Source: Eledone cirrhosa (Eukaryota). Taken from it: a stretch of 64,000 bases of DNA. This document shows, piece by piece, positions 36,291 through 49,489 of this stretch. Each line of letters begins with the position of its first letter. Within the stretch, counting starts at the first letter, position 1. Location of the stretch: the NCBI GenBank assembly GCA_964016885.1, contig OZ024744.1, positions 54,932,001 through 54,996,000 on the forward strand, written 5' to 3'. The notes beneath the pieces were generated by a model. The model did not search any database, had not been told where the DNA came from, and saw only the letters and a list, made by a program, of their open reading frames with translations. A program made the translations under genes and the position numbers.

Positions 36291-38052
36291 TTACCTTACT
36301 TCTCGTAGAGGAAGGACGGTTTTTCCATCCTTTTCACTGCTTGTGGCCTCCTCAGGAAGGATGTCCTTATAAATCCTCCTGGAGAGTGCTTGTCGGAAGT
36401 CTCCGATGTCTTTGGGGAATTTTTGTTTTAGTGTCGTGTACGTTTTCTGTGTGATGCGAGTGATTTGTATGTGTGGAGGTGGTGTGAATTTTTGGGTTGT
36501 TGTGTAGTCTTTTTCTGTGATGCTGGTGTTGTGTTGGATGTAGTGTAATAATTGGTTGTTCAAATTTAATGCTGTATAGTGTGTATCGTTTTGGTTGTTT
36601 TGTTTTGTTTGCGTTTGTTGTGGGTTTGTTTCTGTTTCGCATTTTGGTGACTTTTGTGGTGTAGGTGATGGTGGTGTTGGGGTTAATGATGGTGATGGTG
36701 TTGGTGTTTGGGGTGATGGGGTTGGTGATGCTGGTGTGGATGGTGGCATATCTGTCCTAACTTTTTTGTTTGTTAATTTATTTGTTTCCCTCTGTATTTT
36801 GTTTTTGGAGGGGGAAGGAATAGAATTTTTTCTTTTTTGGTTTCTTTTTTTTTTTCCTGATACCGTTTCCCACTCCTCGTCGTCACAATCTGTCTCCAGT
36901 TGTGATAGGCCGGGGAGTGGAAAATCCTCCACAGGCGTTAGTTTTGGTTGTGGCGTGGTGGATGGTGTAGGCGCTGGTGCTAGTTCTGAAGCGTTGGGTG
37001 GTGGTGGTGTTGGTTTTGCTACTGTTGCTGGGGTTGTTGCTGTTATAGTTGCTTCTGTTGTTGCTGCTACAGTTGTTGCTGCCATCTCTGCTACTGGTGG
37101 TGTTGATGGTTGTGTCACTGGGGTGGGTAGGAGAGGTGGCCTCAACCTTTTAGCCTGAGGGCAGAAAGCCCTTAGGTGGGTTCCTTCACCACAAACGACA
37201 CACCTAGGCCTTCTGCCCTCGACAATTACGGTGGGGTGGCTGCCATCAGTGAGGTCTATTACCTCTGGGATCTCCTCAATGCTTTTTTGGTCCGCTTGGA
37301 TCAGGAGCTCCATCCCAGATCCGGACCAGTTCTCCTGCTTTTCTTTTGCTATTGCTATTATATTTGTGTTGGCTTCTATTAGCCAGGGAATTTCGATGGC
37401 CGGTGGAACGTGGGTCACCCTGATCTTTACGAGTCTCTGGCCACAATAGTTTGGGACGAGTGTGAAGTCGTCACTTCTTAATGGGGCCATGGAGTGTTCT
37501 CTAGCCTCCTCTGGTGTTTCAAAGAACACGTCCACGGTTCCGTACTTCTGCCCACGTCTGATGTGGGTTTTTCTTGCCCACACATGTCCCAAAGCTTTTT
37601 GGATTTGGGACTCGGATGCCCGTTCCAATCGGCGTGATTTTACATTAATTGTTCGATACGACACGGTGCATAGGCGCCGATGCTCCATTTTATTAGGTGG
37701 GGGGGGGGGGGGGGGTGAGGCTGACCCTGTACCCATCTTTCTTTACCATTTTTTTGGCATTTTCTAATTCCTCCTGAGTTACCTGAAATGCTTCGCACTG
37801 TTTTGCTACTCTGGCAAAACTCAGGGTGGTTTTTTTAATGTCATTGTTGCTGTTGTTGTTATCGTTATTTTTGTTATTATTAATTTTAGTTTCAGTTGTG
37901 GTGGTGGTGACGTCAGTTGTGTTCGGTGGGGAAGAGTCCATTTTGCTTGAATTCATTTCGACATCACGAGTTAATTTTTTTTTCTTCTTTTGTTTCTGTT
38001 GTCGCGGTGGTGGTGGGGGTGGTGGTTGTCGCGGTGGTGGCGGCTTTAACAC
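36291..38052 (-). pseudogene. Tx1 ORF1, frameshifted at poly-G near 37705
   Basis: VEGRRPRCVVCGEGTHLRAFC knuckle; upstream ORF 37693-38052 has SFARVAK matching SFAETTR of ORF1 copy 1. Confidence 0.85.
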
Positions 38053-38445
38053 CTGCAGTCATTGGTAATGGCGGGAAATGAATGTTTGCCTGAGACAAAT
38101 TTAAAATATTGCTACTGCTTAAATTTTTTGTGTTGGCAAACGTAGTAATATTTACAATGGTGGTGTCGGTGTGAGGTGTTAGTTTATGAGGAAGGCTGTC
38201 AGCTTCGTGTGGCTGTGAGACTTCCATGTATTTTTTCGAAGAAATTTTTTTGGATAATTATAAATGTTAAAATTTTGGGCACAAGGCCCCAATCTTTTTG
38301 GGTGTCCTTTTCGGAAAACAATGTATGTGCGCTTATATACAGTTAACAATAAAATTTTCCATAGATAGCAATTTTTAACAAACGGAAATAACAAACCTTT
38401 GTGGAGCTCACGATGATACGATTTACTACGTAGGTCGCCAATAAA

Positions 38446-38481
<36 letters not shown>

Positions 38482-40314
38482 CGAAGAAATTTTACACCAC
38501 GTGTACCATCCAAGTCTACCTTGACTATTGTGGAAAATACTATCGATAATGATAATAATCAAAAGTATAAACAATTGAAAATTTCCCTCAACGAAATCTG
38601 CCAGAGAGAAATTAATTCATGTATAAATATCTCTCTTGCTGAACGTATTAAAACGACAATATTTAATAAAAAAAATAAATAAAAAATAAATAAATAATGA
38701 AATATTACGTGTTATTGACGAAATAAGGGATGAATATTTACGACGGATAAAAACCCCAACATTTTGGCAAATCAACGCCTGTTTATATGCCTTAGAAACG
38801 ACAGTGAAGCATTATCTTGGTGATAACAGAGATATTAACAAGAACAAAACACCACCAAAAATACCATCATATATAACTAAAATAGAAAAAAAAATTGCTG
38901 ACCTACGAAAAAACATAGGATATGTGACAATTCTCCTTACATGCAAACAAACACAAAAAAACCTCACTCCTCACCAACAAAGAGTGAAAAATAAAATAGA
39001 GACGATGTTTGGTAACAATAGAACCAGAACTCTTCAATATAAGCTGATCACCCTCAAACAAGAATTGAGAGCTGTTAGCGAAAAACGCCGATACCTGTAG
39101 ATGAGAGAAAGGTGCTTAATAAAAGATTCAGTCGAAACCAAACATCAGTCTATAGAGATATGAAGAACAAAATAATAAGTGTCACTGAGGCCCCATCCTA
39201 GAAAGACATAGATTCCTTTTGGAGCAAAATATGGAGTGAAAAGAAGAATTTCAACCAAGATGCAGTGTGGCTAAGAGAAATCCGAAAGAACTATTGCTCC
39301 TACACTACAACAAAACATACGAAATAAGTGAGGGTACCCTTGAGACTGTGATAGGAAAACTCCAAGATAAGAAAACACCAGGAAGAGACATGATTGTCGG
39401 CTACTGGTAGAAAAAACTGATATTCTATCGGAGGTATCTTACTGACCTCTACCAACAAGTTCTTAAGGGAGATATACATATACCAGAATGGTTGACATTA
39501 GCACAAACATTACTGGTCCCAAGAACAAAGACACCCACTTGGCAAAACACTACCGACCCATTGCATGCCAGAACCTGATGTATAAGATGTATACAGCCTG
39601 CCTGAACATATTCCTCCAAGATCACTGCGAACATAATAACATCATCACAGATGAACAAGCAGCTGGAAAGAAAGGGGTTTGGGGATGTGCTGAACAACTA
39701 ATCAACAAAATTGCGATGTTGGAGGTGCGACGACTTAGGAGGAATATGGCTACAGTCTGGCTGGACTACAGGAAAGCTTTCGATTCTGTTCCCCACTCTT
39801 GGATGATAGAGGCCCTCCAACTTATTGTCAGAGCCATAGAGAAGCTGTCTTCTTCTTGGGATACTATCCTAAGGTTAAAGACAGAGAGGGAGGACTCTGT
39901 TTTCACTGATAAAATAAAATATCTCTCTGTGATGTTATTCATCTTGTCATTAAACCCCTTGTCCTTTCTGCTCAAGAAATGTGAAGGATACATCATTGGC
40001 TCACAGGAGGACAGAAATACGAACCTAACTTCTTTGTGGACGATCTGAAACTCTATGCCAAGAACATGGATGGGATGAAGAAAAATCTTGACCTGGTTAC
40101 AACGTTCTCATAGGATATAGGAATGGAGTTTGGTCAAGATAAATGCTCATACATGACTGTAAAGCGGGGAAAAACAACAACCCAATCTAGCAACATTGTC
40201 ATCAATAGACTGACTGTTTCACCGATATCTGATGAGGACTGTTACAGATACCTGGGGATAGATGAAAACATATCCTATAATGGTATCTGTAATAAAGAAC
40301 GCGTAACCAGGGAA

Positions 40315-42692
40315 TACTTTCCTTATCTATATTACTCTCACTTTGGAGCTTCCTGGCAACATATCCATGCATGATTTTTTTGCTGATAAACATGCAGTTT
40401 TTCATCCATGGATTCACTGCGATACTGCTGAGCGACATCCCTGGGTATGTGTTTTTGATTATCACACAGGGAATATCTCTCGGGGAGTTCCTTCCCAACT
40501 CTCATGAACTTATCTGTTTCATGCAGATAGACTTGCTCGAGAGACGGGCTCCTACGCTTTGAGGTTCGTAGATGTTGTCGGAGGGATTTGATGCGACATT
40601 CAAATGCTGTCTGGACTGATGTTAGGCCTCTGCCTCCCTGCTTACGTTTCAAGTAAAGGCGGTCTATGTCACTGTTGATGTGGAAGTTTCCGGTGTTGTT
40701 CAGTATTTTCGAGTTCCAACATCAATTGCTCGGATTTCGTCTATCCTCCAATTGAGTATTGCAAACGTTGGTGTTAGGACAGGCACAGCAAACACATTGT
40801 GAGCCACTGTTTTGTTTTGCGCAGAGAGTTCCGATGACCAAATATTTCTTAATCGGGTGTATTATTCCCTGGTTACGCGTTCCTTATTACAGATACCATT
40901 ATAGGATATGTTCTCCTCTATCCCCAGGTATCTGTAACAGTCCTCATCAGATATCGGTGAAACAGTCAGTCCATTGATGACAATGTTGCTAGATTGGGTT
41001 GTTGTTTTCCCCGCTTTACAGTCATATATGAACATTTGTCTTGGCCAAACTCCATTCCTATATCCTTTGAGAACGTTGTAACCATGTCAAGATTTTTCTT
41101 CATCCCATCCATGTTCTTGGCATAGAGTTTCAGATCGTCCACAAAGAAGTTAGGTTCGTATTTCTGTCCTCCTGTGAGCCAATGATGTATCCTTCACATT
41201 TCTTGAGTAGAAAGGACAAGGGGTTTAATGACAAGATGAATAATATCACAGAGAGATATTTTATTTTATCAGTGAAAATAGAGTCCTCGCTCTCTGTCTT
41301 TAACCTTAGGATAGTAGCCCAAGAAGAAGACAGCTTCTCTATGGCTCTGACAATAATGTCTGGGACTTTAGCAAGTTGGAGGGCCTCTATCATCCAAGAG
41401 TGGGGAACAGAATCGAAAGCTTTCTTGTAGTCCAGCCAGACTGTAGCCATATTCCTCCTAAGTTGTCGCACCTCCGATATCGCAGTTTTGTTGATTAGTT
41501 GTTCAGCACATCCCCAAACCCCTGTCTTTCCAGGGGTTTGGGGATGTGCTTATTCAGCTGTGATGATGTTATTTTCGCAGTGATCTTGGAGGAATATGTT
41601 CAGGCAGGCTGTATACATCTTATACATCAGGTTCTGGCATGCAATGGGTCGGTAGTGTTTTGCCAAGTGGGTGTCTTTGTTCTTGGGACCAGTAATGTTT
41701 GTGCTAATGTCAACCATTCTGGTATAAGTGTATCTCCCTTAAGAACTTGTTGGTAGAGGTCAGTAAGATACCTTCGATAGAATATCAGTTTTTTTGTACC
41801 AGTAGCCGACAATCATGTCTCTTCCTGGTGTTTTCTTATCTTAGAGTTTTCCTATCACAGTCTCAAGGGTACCCTCACTTATTTCGTATGTTTTTGTTGT
41901 AGTGTAGTTCAACAAGTAGTGTAGTGTGCAATAGTTCTTTCGGATTTCTCTTAGCCACACTGCATCTTGGTTGAAATTCTTCTTTTCACCCCATATTTTG
42001 CTCCATAAGGAATCTATGTCTTTCTGGGATGGGGCCTCAGTGACACTTATTATTTTGTTCTTCATATCTCTATAGACTGATGTTTGGTTTCGACTGAATC
42101 TTTTATTAAGCACCTTTCTCTCATCTACAGGTATCGGCGTTTTTCGCTAACCGCTCTCAATTCTTGTTTGAGGGTGATCAGCTTATATTGAAGAGTTCTG
42201 GTTCTATTGTTACCAAACATCGTCTTTATTTTATTTTTCACTCTTTGTTGGTGAGGAGTGAGGTTTTTTTGTGTTTGTTTGCATGTAAGGAGAATTGTCA
42301 CATATCCTATGGTTTTTCGTAGGTCAGCAATCTTTTTTTCTATTTTAGTTATATATGATGGTATTTTTGGTGGTGTTCTGTTCTTGTTAATATCTCTGCT
42401 ATCACCAAGATAATGCTTCACTGTCGTTTCTAAGGCATATAAACAGGCGTTGATTTGCCAAAATGTTGGGGTTTTTATCCGTCGTAAATATTCATCCCTT
42501 ATTTCGTCAATAACACGTAATATTTCATTATTTGGTTGTTTTTATTAAATATTGTCGTTTTAATACGTTCAGCAAGAGAAATGTTTATACATGAATTAAT
42601 TTCCCTCTGGAAGATTTCTTTGAGGGAAATTTTCAATTGTTTATACTTTTGATTATTATCATTATTGATAGTATTTTCCACAACAGTCGAGG
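40315..42692 (-). mobile_element. Inverted R4 family 2 copy
   Basis: Reverse complement of 38519-40318 plus further 3' sequence matching 29600-30145. Confidence 0.9.
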
Positions 42693-42770
42693 TATGTATG
42701 CATGTATGTGTTTGTATGTATGCATGTATGTATGTATGTATGTATGTATGTATGTATGTATGTATGTATG

Positions 42771-42801
<31 letters not shown>

Positions 42802-42976
42802 GTATGTATGTATATATGTATGTGTGTATGTATGTATGCGTTTGTATGTATGTTTATATGTGTGTATGTGTGTCTGTGTATGTATCTATGTATGTGTATC
42901 AATCATTTAACATCCGTTTTCCTAGCTAGGAAGAGTTGATATATACACTCACACACACACACACACACGCTCACAT

Positions 42977-43089
<113 letters not shown>

Positions 43090-43199
43090 CATGTGTGTGT
43101 GTATATCAACCCTTGCTAGCTAGGAAAACGGATGTTAAATGATTGATATACATACTTACATAGCTACATACACAAACACACATAGATAGATACATACAT

Positions 43200-43248
<49 letters not shown>

Positions 43249-43250
43249 AT

Positions 43251-43723
43251 TGTAGTGACTGAGATGGTCGCTTAGCAACTAGCAGTTGCCTCCCCTTAAC
43301 AACTCTTCAGAGAGCGGAGGCAAGATACATCCGGTCACAGACGCGGGTTTGCTCACTATCTTTCTCATGGACCGCGGACATGAACAGACGTGAAAGGATT
43401 CGCTCCTCAAAATATTGACCATGCTGGCTTCGTGAGGGACTATGTGAAAATGTCCTCCTTCGGATCAAGGACGCCACGATATCTCGACTATATGCATTCG
43501 CTTATTCCTTCGTTATTTCTGCACCGGAGAATATAATTACACTACTTCTATTAACCCACAAGTTATGATTGAATTGACATTGTACATAATTTATTAAATG
43601 TCGCATTTAATAAAGGATCGTTGATTTTTTACTGTTCACCCCCCCCCCCCCTTCTGGAGTCATTTATTTCTACAAAGAGAAACGATGTATTGTCCATTCA
43701 TCGACAATCATTCGTTTCCTTTA
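43251..43723 (+). repeat. 5' LTR
   Basis: tgtagtgactgag...cgtttccttta; near-identical to 48090-48565. Confidence 0.95.
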
Positions 43724-43724
43724 T

Positions 43725-43743
43725 TGGTGACCGACGACGTGAT
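43725..43743 (+). promoter_or_regulatory. Primer binding site (tRNA-Trp-like)
   Basis: TGGTGACCGACGACGTGAT, close to the canonical Trp PBS TGGTGACCCCGACGTGAT. Confidence 0.75.
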
Positions 43744-44453
43744 TCCAATACGCGGATACTAAAAAAAAAAAGGAATTTTTATTTTCTTTGGTTTGAATCC
43801 AAACCTTTTCCAAAAAAAAAAAAAAAAAAAAAAAACTCTTAAATGCAAGCCTTCTAAAAAGGAAGAAGGAAAACAAAATTTTTTTTTTTTGTATCACCCG
43901 CTCGCAGAGATGTAACTGAATGCACATAAAAAAAAAAAAAAATTAAAGTTCAGGAAAGTTCGGAATATCACTGGTGTTGATGCCAAGTCGTTCTCCACAA
44001 TGAAGATGTTTTATTTATATTTGATAAGGGCATTCATGTTGATGGGGTTTCCGTGCCTGGAGAATTATATGATTTCTAAACTCTGTTCGCTGTTTACACT
44101 GTGAAAATTTTTTCTTTCCTGATTTTCACCGTCATTTCCTCATGAAAATTTTTTAAATGGCCGACATCTTCCCGCCATTCTGCATGTCTTCTTCCTTTTG
44201 CGGTTTTCCCGCGCACAGTGTATCTTCTTCAATCCCAGCAATCTGATTGGCTGCATCGTGCCACGTGACGGCGTCTTCAGCAAAAGCTTTTTTTTCTCAA
44301 CCGGCCATCTTGGATTCTTCTACTGATTTCAATTGAATTCGCGTGAACGGATTTCGGAATTCCAGTATAACCTTTTGGTCGTATAGCTGCTTCAAAGACA
44401 TAATTCGTCCTTAAAAATTCTTCAAACCTTCGGCAATCAGGAATCCACATCAT

Positions 44454-45263
44454 TTGCCGACCTTGGCAGGCGACATCAAATTATGGTTTTCGCAGCTCGA
44501 ATGCTACTTCGACTTGACCCATACTAAGGAACCAAATAGATTAAAGGTCCTGATTAATGGCCTGCCTGTTTCCTTGGCATTCTCGGTGAAGGACGTGGTG
44601 ACGGATTTGGACGCCGACGTTACCTACGGCTCGTTAAAAACTGAAATTCTTCGGAGAAATACCAAGTCGGTGGAAAGTCGTTTTCGGGAGTTGTTGGAGG
44701 ATGCGCAAATGGGTGACAACGCCGAGCTCCTATTTGCGACATTTGCGGGAGTTGAGCGACTCCCAGGGGATGGACACCCCATTCATAAAACAGCTCTTTT
44801 TCTCACGTTTACCGCCAAGTGCGCAAATGGTTTTGGTTAATAATTTGGAGAGGAAGTCGCTGGACCAACTCGCTGCATCAGCGGATCGAATACTAGAGGT
44901 GGACTCTAACTCCAGCCGGCACAGTCCTTATGTGGCTTCAGCTTGCGTACCCCACGAAATTCTTCTGTGGCCGACAGCAAACTGTTGGAGTTTATCGAAG
45001 CTCTCACCAAAAAGTTAGAAGATTTTACCGTGCAACCCAGGGAGCCTCCTAAACGTTTGAGGTACCGTTCGCCTCAGTCTGCTACTCCTCGCAGACGCTA
45101 CGGGTACCGTTCGCCGCCGTCTTCTATTCATCGCCAGCACTACACTGCAGACAACAATAATTCTTCGATTTGTTGGTATCATGCTAACTTCGGCAGTAGG
45201 GCACAACGTTGTCGCACGCCCTGTAATTACAAGAAATCGGAAAACGCAAAGCAGAGCCACTAG
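44454..45263 (+). pseudogene. gag: Gypsy gag (frameshifted)
   Basis: LWFSQLECYF, PSSYLRHLREL, FFSRLP, LAASADRI, CWYHANFGSRAQRCRTPC. Confidence 0.85.
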
Positions 45264-45299
45264 GGGCGGCTAGTGAACTCTGGGAAAATCGACCGAACC

Positions 45300-47498
45300 G
45301 CCATCTTTTCGTATACGACCTGCGGTCGAAAAAATTTTTCCTTGTCGATACTGGCGCGTCGCTGAGTATTTGGCCAGTCAGTTATCTCAAAAAAAACCCA
45401 TCTGAATCAAATATCAATTTACGAGCAGTCAACCACACGGCCATTCGAACGTACGGGAAAATTTCGCTTCCTCTTCGGTTTAAAAATTTGCGTCGTGAAT
45501 TGAAGTGGAAGTTTACTCTCGATTTTGTCTACACTTATATCGATGATGTACTGATTGCTAGTTCTTCTCCTGAACAACATTCCAAACATCTGGATACCCT
45601 ATTTCGCCGTTTACAGAAATACAGTGTTCGTGTTAATGCTCCTAAGTGTATTTTCGGCTCGACATCGCTAACATTTTTGGGCCATCTTATTGATGCAGAT
45701 GGTATTCGGCCACTTCCGGAGAAAGTTAAGGCAATTTCGGATTAGCCTCCGCCAGGTTCGCTTCGACAATTACGGCAATTCTTGGGCCTCGTGAATTTTT
45801 ATAGGCGATTCGTGCCTAATTGTTCCAGCTTACTGTCCTCGTTGACAGAAATTTTTTTTAAATGCCGACGGAAGAATATGAACATTTCATTAAATCCAAT
45901 GCAACTGGCGGATTTTGAGAAAGTAAAAAAAGCATTGGCGACTGCTTCTTTACTCGCCCACCCCAAGCCCAGCGCCGAGCTGTCGCTCTGTGTTGATGCT
46001 TCCGATAGCGCGGTAGGCGCAATTTTACAACAGAAGTGTGATGGGTTACTGCAACCACTCGAGTTCTTTTCGAGGAAGTTAAAGCCTGCCGAAACTCACT
46101 ATAGCACCTTTGGCAGGGAGCTATTAGCAATCTATTTATCAGTGAAACACGTTGCTCATGTACTTGAAGGTAGAACGTTCACCATTTTCACTGATCATAA
46201 ACCCTTGACGTTTGCTCTTCGAACTAAAGCAGACAAATACTCGCCCAGAGAGACGCGACATCTGGACTACATATCACAGTTCACGAGCAACATTCAACAT
46301 ATTCCGGGTTTTTCGAATACAGCGGCCGACGCGCTGTCTCGCCTCCCGATAGCATCGATTTCGTCTTCCGAGGAGATAGATTTACATCGAATGGCGGCTG
46401 CCCAACCCACTCTCGAATCGTTGGATGTTGCATCGCCGGAATTTAAAAATTGTACATTGAAGTACATTCCGATCTCAACTGCAGACGGACAAATACTGTG
46501 TGATGTTTCAGTGGACTCACCACGGCCCCTAGTCCCAGTGGAACACCGACGAACTGCCCGGATGCAAGATTTCAACACATTCACGTGGACATCGTCGGCC
46601 CGTGGCCGGTTAGTCGTGGTTTTTGGTATCTGTTGATGATCGTTTTTCGCGTTGGCCTGAAGCCGTTCCTATAACAGATATCACCGCTGAAACCACAGCT
46701 CGTACTCTAGTATCTTCATGGATCGCTCGCTTCGGTGTACCAACCACCATCACAACGGATCGTGGTCGTCAATTTGAGTCTAACCTCTTCCGAGAATTAA
46801 CCCAAATCCTGGGGGCTACTCGAATAAGAACCACGGCTTACCACCCAGCCTCGAACGGAATGGTGGAAAGATTCCACAAACAGCTCAAAGCCTCCTTAAG
46901 GGCTTCCATGGACTCATCACGTTGGAGCGAGTACCTGCCTATTGTGTTGCTAGGCATTCGGTCGACGGTAAAGGTGGACCTTGGGTTCTCCTCTGCCGAA
47001 TTAGTTTATGGTACTCCTCTGGCGTTACCGGGGAAAATGCTGGCTCCTTTTGACCTCACTTCGCAGGACCCCGCTTCCTACGTGTCCCGGCTCTACTCTT
47101 ACTTCAAAGAGCTACCACCGATGGGCACTAGGAAGCAAACTGTAAAAACTGCCGTCCCAAGGGATATTGCCTTGTGGACACATGTGTTCGTTAGAGACGA
47201 CGCCGTGAGACCCCCTCTTCAACGGCCATACTCTCGACCCTATCGTGTGCTTGAGCGCACAGACAAACATTTCACACTGGACATTCGGGGTTCTAGGGAA
47301 ACGGTTTCCGTCGATCGTCTCAAGCGAGCAAACCTGGACAATGACACAGTAGCATTTGAGACTCAAATGCCCCCTCCTTTTTCTGTGCCACAGACACCTG
47401 TTTCTTCTCCAACCCCCACACCATCAACACACAGAACTACGACCCGTTCTGGGCGAAGGATGCATTGGCCCCTCAAGCTATGCAATTATATAAACTGA
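45300..47498 (+). pseudogene. pol: Gypsy pol: protease, partial RT, RNase H, integrase core
   Basis: [65 protein letters not shown]. Confidence 0.9.
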
Positions 47499-48089
47499 TT
47501 TGTACTCTTTTTCTCTTCCAGCTATTTTTTGCTGTATATTTCATTGTGTTGCATTCAAAATTTGCATGTTGAATATAAGAATACGGGAGTCCAATTCTTT
47601 TTGAGTGTTTGTTATGAGAACGAGAGATATTTCCATGTATATTTGCATTTTTCCGATGTTATACCAGAACCACATGTTTGCTTGTTGAGTTGCATTTTTG
47701 ATTCCTGACTTCCTACGGCAGTGTCAATATGTTATTTTTCGTAACATTACGACTGTTGTCAATTCTGACACAGTCCATTTTTTTTTAGTGCATTTTTATA
47801 GCTATGCTACATATGGCATTTTCATGCCATATGTAGCATAGCCGAGCAAAATTTTTTTTTTTTTTTTTTTGTATCGCATTTGGGGCCTCTTTATTGCGAA
47901 GAGTGTTATCTTTTCATGCATTTTGCATCATTTGCTGTGTATTTTTTCTGTGTTAATGCTTGCAGACATGAACCTATTTCTTTTTTTTCATAATTTGTTG
48001 ATACATGCTTCTACATTTTGTAAACTACCCTGTGGGTCCTTCGCTTCATCGTTAACGATTTTTCGACAAAAAATCTGCTCCGAGGTGAA

Positions 48090-48565
48090 TGTAGTGACTG
48101 AGATGGTCGCTTAGCAACTAGCAGTTGCCTCCCCTTAACAACTCTTCAGAGAGCGGAGGCAAGATACATCCGGTCACAGACGCGGGTTTGCTCACTATCT
48201 TTCTCATGGACCGCGGACATGAACAGACGTGAAAGGATTCGCTCCTCAAAATATTGACCATGCTGGCTTCGTGAGGGACTATGTGAAAATGTCCTCCTTC
48301 GGATCAAGGACACCACGATATCTCGACTAATATGCATTCGCTTATTCCTTCGTTATTTCTGCACCGGAGAATATAATTACACTACTTCTATTAACCCACA
48401 AGTTATGATTGAATTGACATTGTACATAATTTATTAAATGTCGCATTTAATAAAGGATCGTTGATTTTTTACTGTTCACCCCCCCCCCTCCCCTTCTGGA
48501 GTCATTTATTTCTACAAAGAGAAACGATGTATTGTCCATTCATCGACAATCATTCGTTTCCTTTA
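48090..48565 (+). repeat. 3' LTR
   Basis: Direct repeat of the 5' LTR with few differences. Confidence 0.95.
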
Positions 48566-48567
48566 CA

Positions 48568-48791
48568 ATTATTAAATAAATGGAAACTATATTTATAAAA
48601 CTATATTTATTCTATTATATATATTTCAAGGGTACCAAAAACTTTGATACGCTTTCATCAGATAAAATATGAAGTGTGTTTTATAAATTTTGACATAGCC
48701 AAGGAGAATATACCTTAACGGTTCAACTTATCCTTATCAGTTATAAACATTTATATTTGTTGAATTACCAACAAATTGAATATCCCTTCTG

Positions 48792-48795
<4 letters not shown>
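48568..48795 (-). mobile_element. Penelope pseudo-LTR-like repeat with hammerhead motif (sister copy 58370-58650)
   Basis: Minus strand: CTGATGA-aagcgtatcaaagtttttggtaccctt-GAAA; colinear sister copy. Confidence 0.6.
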
Positions 48796-48867
<72 letters not shown>

Positions 48868-48875
<8 letters not shown>

Positions 48876-49487
48876 GTCCTTCATCAGTGATCTTCCAACT
48901 TTCATTGGTATTTCATCGCTTTAAAAATCATATACCTCTGGTTGGTGCGAGCAATAACTAAATAAAGTTATTGGGACAAGTAAAATAGGGTGAAACGAGC
49001 GAGACATGTAAACAAACAACGATGGTATTGCAACGGAAAGATAGGAAGAGACAAGTACATGATATCTGTAAGCTTAAGCTTGGTGAATTCATGGACGAGA
49101 GATACAGACCATCCGACATGGGTGAGATGTGAGCGAGAAAAGGATTTCACACAGGTCAAACGGGAGGAAGTGAGAGAGAGGGAGAAGCAGAGAATGAGTG
49201 AGTGGATGTGTGAGGAAGAGGCCAGCCGAGAGAGAGTGTGACTGGCAGAGGGGGGTAAAAAGAAGGTGAGAGATACAGAGAGAGGGGAAGGAGTAAGAAG
49301 GAAACAGTCAATCGCAGCTGAGGAAAAAATATAAACATAAGAAAAATGGAGATTTTTAAAGCGATGAAATACCAATGAAAGTTGGAAGATCACTGATGAA
49401 GGACTAATTTTATTCATATGTAACCCATCTGCAACCACGCAGCATTCCATTTTTCTTATATTTATATTTTTTCCTCAGCTGCGATTG
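48868..49487. mobile_element. Penelope-like terminal fragments with inverted duplications
   Basis: 48868-48928 inverted to 49350-49410 (contains CTGATGAAGGAC); 49308-49345 inverted to 49451-49487. Confidence 0.5.
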
Positions 49488-49489
49488 TT

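Larger units (their letters stand above)
32503..38440 (-). mobile_element. Apparently full-length Tx1/L1-clade LINE with (TTC)n tail and TSD
   Basis: ORF1 (CCHC), ORF2 APE-RT-zinc finger; (AAG)n at 32503-32567; TSD ataaaaataataatcgaagaaa. Confidence 0.93.
31815..40318 (+). mobile_element. R4-like family 2 copy (5' part 31815-32502, resumes 38441-40318), interrupted by a Tx1 insertion
   Basis: MNRMKLHWDEMHPEL..QLLQQA N-terminal domain; RT motifs at 39488-40300; TSD flanks the Tx1. Confidence 0.8.
43251..48565 (+). mobile_element. Ty3/Gypsy LTR retrotransposon, internally deleted
   Basis: Direct LTRs, PBS, gag-PR-RT-RH-IN order, CAAT on both flanks. Confidence 0.95.
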
